Assembly: GCF_006345805.1 (NCBI RefSeq)
Contig: NW_021835986.1
Span: 10,150 to 74,149 of the forward strand
Origin: Octopus sinensis
Lineage: Eukaryota
Length of the DNA stretch: 64,000 nucleotides
Direction: 5' to 3'
The translations under genes were made by a program, and so were the position numbers. This document shows positions 37,633 to 51,027 of this stretch, piece after piece. A model generated the notes under the pieces. The model searched no databases and was not told the DNA's origin. It worked only from the letters and a program-made list of their open reading frames with translations. Numbering within the stretch: position 1 is the stretch's first letter; every line of letters begins with the position of its first letter.

Positions 37633-40600
37633 TCTTAATATATAAAAGGGAGCTGGTGTGTGTGTGTGTGTGAGTTGGTGTGTGTGTGTGAGTGTGCGTT
37701 TGTGTTGTGTGTGTGTGTGAGTTGGTGTGTGTGTGAGTGTGCGTTTGTGCGTATGTGTGTGCGCCTAAATTCCTTATGGATTCGAAAACTGAGTTGCCGA
37801 TGTGGCCGTATAAGGTATCAAAAGATTCAGTAATCTTTCAGCTATCAAATAAAATTTATTTTCATTTACATATTTAATTTACAAAAATTTAACATTATAG
37901 TCTTTCTCTAAGTCAACTATCGTAAACGATATTTTATACCACGACGATGTCCCATTTTCTATATGAGTGTGTATGTGTCGGGCAGTATGTATCTGTTTGC
38001 GCGTTCATTATGTACGTTAAGCTTATGACTTGATGACTGAGAAATATATGTGTGTGACGATGTGTCTGTTAGTATACATAAATTTTTGTGACAACTGAGA
38101 GACCCCACACGCACACATCTAAAAATAGTGACTGAACACAGAGGGCAGAGATAGGCTTGAGTTATGCGTAAATGTCTGTCTGCTTGTGTCTGTCTTAGTA
38201 TATGTATGTGACTGTACCGCCCAATAGTGAAACGCGCCGATTTTGACATATCTTAGTTGCGGCTTGGACGTTGAACTAACAAAAGCGTTCACTTTGCGGT
38301 ACAACTGTTTGAATTTTCCTCTTCATCATGCAGAGTTGCATTTTAAACAACATTAACGATTAACACTACTTATGTGCTGAAACATATTCGGGTTTTTATA
38401 ACCAGCATGAAGATTTTACGGCACTCACAACACTCGCAAATATATCTGAAGAAAAAAAAAATGTTATTCTGATTATTAAAACAAATTCGGAAACTTGGCG
38501 AAGTAGAAAGCCTTAGCGGCTCTTTCAATATAATTACAGAAATGTTATTCCAATTCTTATAACCAGTTTGGTGAAAAAGGCATTTTTAACAGTCCTAGCG
38601 CCCTGATCGTATTCCTGCTAAGCTGCTTTTTCTGTGTGAGTATTCAACGTCACGAAACCTTTTTACTGCGTTAATCAGTATTTATTCTATAGCCTATAAC
38701 CTTACCGTTGAAATATATAGTAAGAATATCTAATTAAATTAAGGTTTTGCTACATACATCCTACAGCAAATGTTTTAAATTAATCAACGTTCGCATATTC
38801 CTTTGTACAGACTTTGTTCAGCGTTCGTTTAAAAATTGTAAAATGATAAATTATTTTTGTATGAAAAATTGAATTATGCCTTCTGAATTTTCTTGGAGCT
38901 TGACTTTCTTCAATGTGACGTTCAATCCTGAATTTTATTACATTTAGTATATGTTCCAAATAAATAATGATTTTTCTGTACTCTCTTATATTGGTGGCGC
39001 CTAGTAATTTTTTGCTAAATTGGTGACTTTCCGACGCTGGAATATTTCTTTTGGAAATATTCCCTAAAAAATATTTTTATAGCATAACCAGAAGTATGTT
39101 TTGCACCTGTATTGTCTACATTTCATTTCGTTTTGTTGTTTTCAATATTATTAATTTCATGAGTAACTATGTGTCTGTGAGTGCGTGTGCGTGTTTCCGC
39201 GTTCGTTACGTTTATAGTAAACTATAGTAATGAGTGCACATATAATGAAGTCGCCATCATTATGGTAGGTGATCCCTATAAAAATCGGTATATTCTCATT
39301 CGTTCTCGAGATAACCTTAAACGTGTTTCAGAGACTCATCCCTCTTATAATGCTCTCCAATATCCTCTTTTTCTGTAGAATGGACAGGATGAGTATCACT
39401 TCAATATCCCACAGACTGAACCAGCAACAGGAGAGCCAATTACAAACAAAAGGGTATCGTCAAATGACTTCTATTCTTACCAACTGATGTTAAGACCAGA
39501 ACAACCAAATCAATTACACATGTATCTTGATCTATTTCAACAATATTTGGTTGGTATGCATAGTAAAGTTGAGAATCCTCTGCGTTCGTAACAATCAAAA
39601 AAGTTAAGGGCTAAAAATTATATACATCTCCAAGATGTTCTGAGGACAGATGGTGATATTCAAAACATGAGGCAACTTATAATCCTCTCATCATCATTCA
39701 CAAGTGGTCCTCGATATATGTACGAACGAGCACAAGATGCTATGACATGTCAAGATAAATGGAAAACCAGATCTTTTTGTCACTTTCACCTACAATCCTA
39801 AATGAGAGGAAATAAAATCTAACCTTTTTCCAGTGTTGCATCTTTTTGTTATTGCAGCTACCCTCCTCAATCGGGGAAGAACTGCACATTCCAAGTTCAA
39901 GCTCCCTCTAAACCTTGCAATGAAAGAATCTCAAATGTGCAACATTTCCAAAATCTCTAATTGTTCTCTCACAAACTTGCCTCATTGTTTGGGATGAGTG
40001 CACTATCACATCGTGGAGCTCCAGAGGTAATTGTCAGTACCTTCCAAGACATAAAAAACAATAGCACGCTCATAGGAGGAGTTTTCTTGCAGGAGATTTT
40101 CACCAGACGTTGCCAGTTATCCCCAAAGGATCCAAAGCTGATGCGGTCAATGCATGCTTCAAACAATCGTACCTTACAAGCAATATCAGAGTACTGATCA
40201 TACGAGCTTATTAAGCTTGGTAATGGGATATTAACATTCAATTCAAGACTTCAGCTACATGAAATTGCATGCGGTTAAATGATACTTTCACTTAGGGATC
40301 TTATGGTTAAAGTACTTCCTAATTTATCTGTCATTTACACTGATGTAAACTGGCTATGTGTAACAGCCATACTAGTTCCAGCTAATGAAATGGTTGATAA
40401 ACTCAATCATGAACTTCTTCAGAAGTTAACAGATACACCAGAAATGATTTTTCGATCAATTTACAAGTCGTTCAAAATCCGGGTGTTCAATACTCTGTTG
40501 AATTTCTGAAAACGCTTAAACCCACTGGGATGCAACTGCATAACTTGACATTAAATCTGGGTGCTCCCATAATGTTGCTTAGGAATCTTGACCCATCTCA

Positions 40601-41128
40601 CTTGTGTAATGGAACTAGCTTAATTGTTACTTCCATGAAGCCTCATGTCCTACAAGCAACATTCATAACAGGTAGTCACAAAGGGGAAAATGTCTTTATT
40701 CTTAAACTTCCTCTCATACCTACAGATGTTCCATTTGAATTTATGAGGCTTCAGTTTCCAGTCAAACTAAGTTTTGGTATTTCAATTAACAAATCTCAGG
40801 GTCAATCCCTCAAGTTAGTTGGAATTCATCTCTCTACTACATGCTTCTCCCAAAACCAACTCTATGTTGCTTGCTCGCGAGTTGGAAGCAACAACTATTT
40901 ATTCATTTTGACACCTACAAAAAATTACATGAGAAATATTGTTTACCCTGAGGTGCTTCAAATTTGACAGATTTTCAATTCGAAATTTTATTAACATTAC
41001 ATTTTGGATATTTTAAAATAAAATATAGATATTTTGAAATAATTATAAGAATATATCTTTATATTTATTGTTTATTAATCTGAATAAGAACAGAAGCAAC
41101 CCGGGTTAACGCCAGGTCATTCAGTTAG
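37633..41128 (+). mobile_element. Internally deleted Helitron (Rep and Pif1-like helicase remnants)
   Basis: NEVAIIMVGD..ETHPSYNALQYPL (39240), PDLFVTFTYNPK (39765), TAHSKFKLPL, WDE, GDF.Q, LRNLDP..LCNG..QFPVKLSFGISINKSQGQS..QLYVACSRV (40530-40967); 3' hairpin ccggg-ttaacg-ccagg, then TTAG|T (decayed CTAG) at 41125-41129. The 5' end A|TCTTAATATATAAAA at 37633 is tentative. Confidence 0.8.
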
Positions 41129-41330
<202 letters not shown>

Positions 41331-42149
41331 AGTGATATACATCTATATAAATAATGTTCTACATTCATGTCTATCTACACACAAATACACACGTATTGTT
41401 TTCTATAGTTATCGTCAGCAACGATTTCGACTTGTTGGCGAATTATTGTGTTTATATATATATGTGTGAGGAACAGTGAGATGGGGAAGATAGAGAAGGG
41501 GAGTGATATAGTAAGGATAGGTCAGGCGTGCGTGCGTGTTTGCGTGTCTGCGAGTCTGCGCGTGTGTGTATGCGTGCGTACATTTGTGTTGTGTATGTGT
41601 ATTTGTGTGTGTTTGTGTGTGTGTGTGTGTTTGTGTTGGTGCGTGTGTATGTGTGTGTGTGTGTGTGTGTGTTTGTCTGTGTAGTTAAGCATATGATTCT
41701 GTGCCACGGACACAAAGACACGTTTCTCTGAATAACATCTGTTTTGAAGTTATCAATCATCTTGCACTCCGCTTATTTATATGCACCTCACACCCAACCC
41801 TACTCTCTATTCCACTTACTGCTCAAACATAGCCCACCAGTCTATGACAATTTGTTAATTTATCAGAAGATAATTACCCCACCACCACCACCACACACAC
41901 GTGTGTATGTATGTATGTAATTTAATAAACACTACTTTTTCATTAAAAGGTGAAATAATTAACAATTATTGTCGTGTTCTAAATATACAAAATACGGCTG
42001 TGGAAGCCAAGTTGTACAGAAATATATATGTTAAACCCAACATACTCTGCTGGGTCTAATTTTCACGAGTAAATAAAATAGGCTTAATGAAACCCTTTTC
42101 CAAAAAGAGTACTAGTTTTAGTTGATGACTATGTCAAATAAATCCCCGC

Positions 42150-42552
42150 AGGAATGGTAAGTAGCTTGCTTACCAACCACATGGTTCTGGGTTCAGTCCC
42201 ATTGCGTGGCATCTTGGACAAGTGTCTTCTACTATAGCCTCGGGCTGACCAAAGCCTTATGAGTGGATTTGGTAGACGGAAACTGAAACAAGCCTGTCGT
42301 ATATATGTATATATATATATGTGTGTGTGTTTATATATGTTTGAGTGTCTGTGTTTGTCCTCCCAACATCGCTTGACAACTGACGCTTGTGGTGTTTACG
42401 TCCCCCGTAACTTAGCGGTTCGGCAAAAGAGACCGATAGAATAAGTACTAGGCTTACAAAAAATAAGTCCTGGGGTCGATTTGCTCGACAAAAGGCGGTG
42501 CTCCAGCATTGCCGCAGTCACATGACTGAAACAAGTAAAAGAGTAAAAGAGT
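42150..42552 (+). mobile_element. SINE family A, full length
   Basis: Head, central (TA/TG)n and tail ...actgaaacaagtaaaagagt. Confidence 0.85.
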
Positions 42553-43098
42553 ATAATTTCCCAATCAACTAACGAACAATGAAACTTGGAAACAATTTGG
42601 AAGTTAGAACTATTATATTATTGTTCACCGATCCATTTAAAAGACGTTTGAAAAGCACTGATGTTGGAATAAGACTCAGGTACGTCGTATCATTTTTAAC
42701 TGCAGAATATTATCGGTCGTTAGAAAAATATCAACCATTTTACAAATATCTGAATTATATACAGTGCAGTATGCAGGCTTATATAAATATAAAGGGTTTC
42801 TTGTTTTATATTTGTAATATATAAATATTTCTGCTGTGAAATATCTCATGAAAGAAGAAGCGTGTGAAATTAAGTTACACCAACTGCTAAATTCGAAGAA
42901 TCCACGGTTTGTGATCCCTATATAAATCATACCAAATTAATTAAATTTCGTATTGCTAAGTATCAAAGATTTTAGGTTTAAGAAAACACATGACTCTTTC
43001 TTTCGTTCTTTCTCATTCTGATCCTCTCTTTCTATAGGTGTGTGTATACATTCATATATTTCACATATACATATATATATGTGTGTATACGTATATAT

Positions 43099-43145
<47 letters not shown>

Positions 43146-43722
43146 TATATATATATATAAATATGTATATATATACATGTGTGTGTATGTATATGTATAT
43201 TGTATATGTATATATATATATATATATGTATATATTAAATGTACACACCAACACGCATATATATACATACACTCAAAAGGACAAAAATGTACGCCAATAC
43301 ATAACTGCATCATGGATGATTTGAATATTGCACGCAGCGACATATTTCTAGTCTTATATAACAAATACACAATGCGCCATTGTGCATGTTTACCTATAAA
43401 ACATTCAATATATATTGTAAATAGAGGAAATATTGAATAAATATGATCATCTCTTTTCTTAGATATTTTACAGTTCACCATCTACATCCGACCTCCTTCT
43501 GTATATTACATACGAAAATTCAAGTAAATGATAAACGATATATATATATAGGCGTAGGAGAGGCTGTGTGGTAAGTAGCTTGCTTACCAACCACATGGTC
43601 CCGGGTTCAGTCCCACTGCGTGGCACCTTGATCAAGTGTCTTCTACTATAGCCTCGGGCCGACCAAAGCATTATGAGTGGATTTGGTAGACGGAAACTGA
43701 AAGAAGCCCGTTGTATAGTTGT

Positions 43723-43775
<53 letters not shown>

Positions 43776-43777
<2 letters not shown>

Positions 43778-44409
43778 CAAAGAAGTAAATATATGAAAAA
43801 TCTGAAACTGGCGCCGGTCCCACATTATCCTTTTCTAGGTATTTCATCTTTCAGATGTTCTCCCTAGAGGTAAGACAATTTTTTCTAGTTTGTTGCACAC
43901 AAGCATTTTTGCTAGTACATACGCCGTGAAGCTATACATTAGCGCTGTATTATTACGTTCGCTATTTCCAGTAAATATTGGTACTTCGTTGTGCCATATA
44001 TTTACTTCTTTGTATATTTTTCCCTCACGGGCTATTCTTTACTGGAAAGCAATACTCGAGTATTGCATTACTAATTTATTGAAACTTCTTCACCGTTCTC
44101 GTGCTGTTAGCGTTTCGGCGTTTCAGTCGAGTGTATTGGTATTAATGTGGTAACATCTGAAATGTTGTCGTGGTATATGTTTGGCTGATGAAGATAGATC
44201 AAAGATATGGGTGCAGACATATCTTGAAAAATCTGAAACTGGCGCCGGTCCCACATTATCCTTTTCTAGGTATTTCATCTTTCAGATGTTCTCCCTAGAG
44301 GTAAGACAATTTTTTCTAGTTTGTTGCACACACGCATTTTGGCTAATTTTTACGTTCGCTATTTCCAGTAAATATCGGTACTTCGTTGTGCCATATATTT
44401 ACTTCTTTG

Positions 44410-44411
<2 letters not shown>
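43776..44411 (+). mobile_element. Retrozyme/pLTR-like partial tandem element with hammerhead and 5' inversion
   Basis: Direct repeat 43796-44014 / 44227-44411 (period 431 nt); 20-bp inverted copy of the 3' end at 43776-43795; complete HHR at 44177-44256. Confidence 0.7.
44177..44256 (+). ncRNA. Type I hammerhead ribozyme
   Basis: ATG..TGG-CTGATGA-AGAT...AAGATATG/CATATCTT...ATCT-GAA-ACTGGCGCCGGT-C|CCACAT; GUC site at 44248-44250. Confidence 0.8.
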
Positions 44412-44498
<87 letters not shown>

Positions 44499-44708
44499 TG
44501 TGTGTGTATATTTTGTGTGTCTGTATTTTTCCCCCCTCTGACATCGCTTGACAACCGATGGTGGGGTGTTTATGTCCCCGTAACTCAGCAGTTCGGCAAG
44601 ACCGATAGAATAACTACTAGGCTTACAAAGACTTGCTCGACTATAGGCGGTGCTCCAGCATGGCAACAGTCAAATGACTGAAACAAGTAAAAGAGTAAAA
44701 GAGTAAAA

Positions 44709-44751
<43 letters not shown>

Positions 44752-45072
44752 ATATAATATATATGAGAAATTAACTGCATAAAAGACAATACGAAGAGTA
44801 TTCCATCCTACGAGATTTCAATATTACTAAATGTTTCAGCTGCATGTACTTGTCACGCTGCTAATAGTTTTCCCCCGAACATGCATACGTTCATCAAGCA
44901 TCAATCGCCTTTTGTTTTGTAGGTGATCCTGAGTCTAAAAATATGGCTTCCCGACGCATACTTTTTCCCAGTTCCTCAGCCTTCTAAAATATAGCTGCTT
45001 AGATGGTATGGGTATGTTTTGGGTCAATACGAAGTGTATTCCATCCAATGAGAGTTCAATATTACTAAACGT

Positions 45073-45472
45073 GTAAGGCGGCGAGGTGGCAGAAACGTTA
45101 GCATGGAGGCTGAACTGCTTAGCGGTATTTCGTCTTCATGTTCTGGGTTCAAATTCTGCCGAGGTCAACTTTGCCTTTCATCCTTTCGGCGTCGATAAAT
45201 TAAGTACCAGTCACGCACTGGGGTCGATATAATCGACTTAATCCGTCTGTCTGTCCTTGTTTGTCTCCTCTGTGTTTAGCCCCTTGTGGGTAGTAAAGAA
45301 ATAGTTATTTCGTCTGTCTTTACATTCTGAGTTCAAATTCCGCCGAGGTCAACTTTGCCTTTCATCCTTTCAGAGTCGATAAATTAAGTACCAGTTTCGC
45401 ACTGGATCGATCTAATCGACTGGTCCCCTTTCCCCAAATTTCGGGCCTTGTGCCTAGACTAGACTAGAAAAG
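45073..45472 (+). mobile_element. Dimeric SINE (family B) with 15-bp target-site duplication
   Basis: TSD aatattactaaacgt (45058-45072) / aatattgctaaacgt (45473-45487). Confidence 0.9.
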
Positions 45473-45599
45473 AATATTGCTAAACGTTTCAACTACATGT
45501 ACTTATCGCGCTGATGAAAGTACGCATGTACGGGAAACTGTTAGTAGCTTAGTAGCGCGATAAGTACTTGTAGTTGAAACGTTTGATAGATCGTTAGCC

Positions 45600-45745
45600 A
45601 CCACACATTTTTTTCTCTCCTTGTTTCTTTCCTTGTTTTTTCTGTGTCCCTTTCTATAGAAGAGCATAGGCTCGAAACGTAAAAACTTTTTCTATTCATG
45701 AGCGTTATAACTAATACATCGTTTTTGTTTTGTACACCACCTGTC
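45600..45745 (+). mobile_element. Short repeat with a decayed minimal hammerhead
   Basis: TTT-CTATAGA-A-GAGC(ATAG)GCTC-GAA-ACGT-A-AAA; core mutated; a related remnant lies at about 680-710. Confidence 0.5.
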
Positions 45746-46944
45746 CACAACCGCAGGTCTGCTCACATAAATATGACACATACTGAATCAGAGCAAGTTT
45801 GGAATTCCTTCATGATCACATTGGTCTACCGGTATGCGACTCAAATTGGAATCACCCTGTTACACCTTTAGTGCTTAAGAATAGAAGTATGGAAGGCAAA
45901 CGAACTGAGAATTATATTTGACTTATTCAGTATTTGGATAACGAGCATTGTTATGAAACAATGTCTTTAATTTTTATACATGTTTAAGCAGTGATACATT
46001 TTTCAGAGGATACCATCCCTTTGAGTAGACACTTTTTTAATGATAAAACTGCTTTCTCCACGAGACAAAATACATAGAATATGAAGAGATAATAAATTTC
46101 CTCATTGTGAATCTACTCTCCAAGAAGAAAAATATTTTCTTTTATAACACTTAATATTTCTTTCAAGCGGTTTTAACAGTCAAAGTAGAATTCGGGGACA
46201 GTAAAATTTATATTTATGCCCATTGAAATGCGTTTTAAATGTTGCACATATTATTAGGATAGAAAAGTGAGAAAACTACATTAGAAGTGAGGAGAAACCA
46301 TATAATGGAAGGTGGGGAGGGAGTGGTGGACGAAAACCAGAACGGAGAAAATATTTGGATTTTGATAAAAAGGATAGAAATGATCCAATGAAGTTTTGAT
46401 TCGACATTAACTCACCAAGCAATTACAAATAAAATTAACAGTTATTAACTGTAATAAATTTAGCTTTATAGTGTTACTTTATATAAGTGATGGTGTAACA
46501 GGAAGATGAAAGTGTTGAGGTGATTTTGTAGCTCTCTGGGTTCTTTTGAGAATAAATGCTGTTTTTAATGTTATGTAGCCCATCACAGTCACTGTGACTA
46601 GTTATTTTATTTTATACTACAATACACCCTCAAACATTTGTACTATTCACATTTCATGAGTGCGGATTCAGTAACAGTCAAGGTATTTCAATGTGACACA
46701 ATGAACTGTGTTTGATATGGTTGCGGAAACCTGATTATAAATGGTGGTAGGTTAGCGACTACCTAAATACTTGCGCTTTGGCGTCCAGGACAAACGGAGA
46801 TGAATACTGTTACTTTATCCAGTAAGTCCCTCACGAGTGTTATGTTGACTGTTTAAACTGTTTCCAATAAACCTTAATAATAGACAAAACTAGAACTCAC
46901 TCATATTATCAGCTCAAGGAAGTTTAAAAGAAATATCTTCATAA

Positions 46945-47056
<112 letters not shown>

Positions 47057-48278
47057 TATATCTCCGGCTCTATGTAGACGACGGTGAACAGGTGTGGTCG
47101 CCGTTTGTGAGACGCGTTCCCGCAGCTCGTCTCCATGACCGAACTACAGTCGTGGATCAAAAAGAGGCCGAAGAAGGGCGATTGGCACCGCGAGTGTCGC
47201 GTTGCTCTCAAGCAACTCTGCCGTCCCGGGTCGACCTTGAGTGACTTCAACACAACAAAGAATTCTATAGGGGATTAGTGGAGGGGAGGTACGACGACGA
47301 GCTCGGGGCAAACCTGGGCGTCGACGAGGAATACCTGACCCGCCTGTTTCAAACGACTTTCGGTCGGCCCGGGACCTATGGACAACTTCCAGAGATCCCT
47401 GGCCTGGCGGTGCTACCGAGAAGCGCTAACCCGTTCGGGATAAGCTCTATAGGCATGGCTCGAGAAACACGGGGCCGACCTGCCCGAGATGCGGGCAGAG
47501 CGACGAAACCACTCTGCACGCAATCGTGCAGTGTCCGCAATTTCCCACCTGTGGGCTTATGTCGAACGACTGCTGTCACGTGTGGGACGTGTCGGTTTAT
47601 CAGCCGAGTCTATCGTTAATATCGTCACGCCTCCTTCCTTCAAACGGGAAGGAAGAGCTATTTTTATCATACTTGTGGCTATGGCGAAAGAATGTATCTG
47701 GTGGACGCGTCTGAAAGGATTAGAGACAAAACACTTTCCTCTCTGGTCAATCTCTCATCAATCTTCAAGTATCACTTGAAGAGGAAAGTGAGAGTAGAGA
47801 GGCAAGTTTTGTCTAGTGAATGTTTTAAAAAAGATGGGTGAATGTAGCAAGGATGGCACGTATGAATGACGAAGCCACCTTGACTATGATCTATGAACCG
47901 TAAAAATTATACAGAGAGTTGCTTATTTGCAAAAAAAAAAAAAAAAAAAGAAATATAACATGTGACTTCATTGACCGAGGTTACCGTGGTCTTTTCCGTA
48001 GGCTTTTCTTTCCACGGGTAAACCTCACCTGTCCTCCCCTTTACACTTCATATTGACATTTCTGTGATAACGATCCCTATTAATCAATTTTTTTCCTCTC
48101 CCCCTTTTTTTGTCCTCTTTCTCTCCTTTTACGATCCCTTTTGATCGACACCCCCCTTTTTATTTTATTTTTCTTTATTTTATTTTTTAAAAAATTTTTT
48201 AAACCTTCAAAAGAAAAGCTCTACCTTGTAAATTTGTCTATCTGTGTGCAGCCCTGTGTGGCTAATAAAGAAACATAT
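47057..48278 (+). mobile_element. 5'-truncated young Tx1-like LINE copy
   Basis: Near-identical to 53620-54820; ends aataaagaaacat followed by (ATCT)n. Confidence 0.9.
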
Positions 48279-48650
<372 letters not shown>

Positions 48651-49399
48651 CTCTCTGGACAGACAGACGCAAGTCAAATGGGCTCCACGTAAGTTGGTAT
48701 TTTTGTACGTTTCAAAAGTGTATATTGACAAATATTTTGTGCTTAAAAGTTGTGCAACAACATCCACTGTAAACCTTTGATAAATATCGACACAAAATTT
48801 GCCCCTTGTGGGCAAAATTTAAAAGAAAAAATTCTCATAGCCTTCGTGGTTTCATTTAGCCATTTTATTTCCAAATGGCCACTGGCCACCACGAGGCTGA
48901 GTGCAAGTCAAGCGTGACGCAGAAACAGAAAAACAGGATGCTCTGTTAGCATATGCTGAACCTGACAACTCCACCACCATCAACATCGACAACAGCAACA
49001 AATACAAAACAAAAGTCGCAAGGCCAAGCACCGTCAACACCATCAGTAAGTCCACCACCAACACCGACAACAATACCATGGCAGAATCTGCTACTGAAAC
49101 TACTATCCCTACTAAAGACATCGCCACCAATAACAATACCAACACCACCATCACCGCCACCAAAGACCGTGCCGTCAATGCTACTAATACTACTAACACC
49201 ACCGCCGTCACCAAGAACGACAATACCACAACAACAACAACAACACAACAACGACGACGACGACAACAACCAATTCCCTTCACCACTGCTCACTCCATCA
49301 CCAACAAGTGGAAAAATAACGACGACAAGCAAACGAAATGCCGAAATTTGCGCTAATGCAGGACTAAATTACGCAGGCAATTTTCCCACCCCTTGCTAG

Positions 49400-50980
49400 T
49401 TGCATAATCAGCAACCACAAACCTACAACCCACACCCCTGCCATCAACACCACACCACCGGCAGTAACAACAATAACAAAACAACAACAACTTCGCCGAG
49501 GCGATAAAAGAAAAGGTAACAAAAGTTTCGTTTACTACACAACAGATTAAAGATTGCAGAAACCTTATTACAAATCAAAACGGAAAAATACTCTTACACA
49601 TACCTCAGCACATACTGAATGAGGAGAAAAAAAAGACATTGTATATAAAATCACAAAAAAAAAAACTAAAAGTCCAGAAAAGGCAAGCACAGACAAAGTC
49701 GAAAAGTGCTTACGCCCCATCTGGGGATACAAGGATTGTGTGACTTGGGCGAACAAGTTCGCACACGTACAGGTGGTTTTTCAGAATGAAGAGTTGGCGA
49801 AGAAATTCTCAACGATAACCCTTCATTCTGATGAACTAACGTTGACACCGAGTTACCTCGGCCAGAAGGTGACGAAAGTCATTATCAGTGGTGTCCCCAA
49901 GTGACTACAACACTGTGGATAGCATCCGCCTTAACATCCGAAATGGGGGACTTAACATCCTAGATATCGGTGTTCGGAAAACAAGGACTGGCTGGGAAAG
50001 AGAATAGAGTTCCTCTTCCACATAAGTCAAGAGGACATAAATAAAATCCCCACCCACGTACATCTTGAGGATGGCCGGAAGTTATACGTAGTAGTCGAGG
50101 GCAGAAGGCCACGATGCTATACATGTGGCAGTGAGGCACACCTCAAAAAGGAGTGCAAATCTGCCGCAAAATTACAACAACAACAACAGCCACAGGAAAA
50201 ATCACAAAAGCCAGGATTATTGCCCACACCACAATATGGACAGCTAGTCAAGAAGCTGTATGCGGAAATGCAGGAAAAACAACAAAGAACAAGCCAACCC
50301 AACCAAACAACACCAACACCAGCGCCAAGAACAGAATCATCACCACCAACAACAAATAAACCAATTCCAACACCAAGAATAACAACGAAGAAGACAAGCA
50401 CCAAGGATGTAGGAGAGACAATAACCACAACAAACCCCCCAGCAACACCCTCCCCGCGCACCACAACAATATCTACAACCGCACAAACACACCCAGACGC
50501 TTTACCCTTGCCCCCTGTTGATTCGTCAGACTTTCATCTAACGATGAAAGTTCGACAGAATGGCAAATAGCCACAGGGGGTAAAAGAAAAAGATCAAGAA
50601 AAACCAAACAAGAAATCGCAACCAAAGCAGGGAGATACCTGAACCCTGAAAACTCCATACACAACAAAACAAGCACCAACACCACAAAAACAATGCTATC
50701 AGCGATAGACACAAAAGACTCCAAACTAATGAGAGTACATCACAGGATACACAAACATTTGTGAAGATGACTTTAAAATAGCAATCATCCACGCACTACA
50801 CCACCCAAACACATCAAAATACTACACATCACACAAACACAACACCACAAACTCAAAGCCCTCTTCCCAAATGCTGTAGGGGGTTTCCAGAAATATCTGT
50901 CCCAAAAACTATATAGAAACCTCCTCGAAGACACATCAAAGAAAGAGGAAGCCAAAACTTTCGACACAAGTAAGTAACTC
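49400..50980 (+). pseudogene. LINE ORF1 (Gag-like, zinc knuckle), frameshifted
   Basis: VVVEGRRPRCYTCGSEAHLKKEC (CX2CX4HX4C at 50115-50156) followed by a Pro/Thr/Gln-rich linker. Confidence 0.7.
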
Positions 50981-51027
50981 TCTGTACTTTCATTTGTGTG
51001 TTTTAAAGCACACACCCCAATAGAATC

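Larger units (their letters stand above)
43550..44708 (+). mobile_element. SINE family A split by an insertion in its central (TA)n
   Basis: Head at 43550-43715 and tail at 44505-44708 are each colinear with 42150-42552. Confidence 0.8.

Noticed and set aside
41385-41425. Minus-strand CTGACGA...GAAA motif
   Set aside because: Helices I and III cannot form.
42660-42690. Donor-like CAG|GTACGT
   Set aside because: No matching acceptor or credible exon frame.
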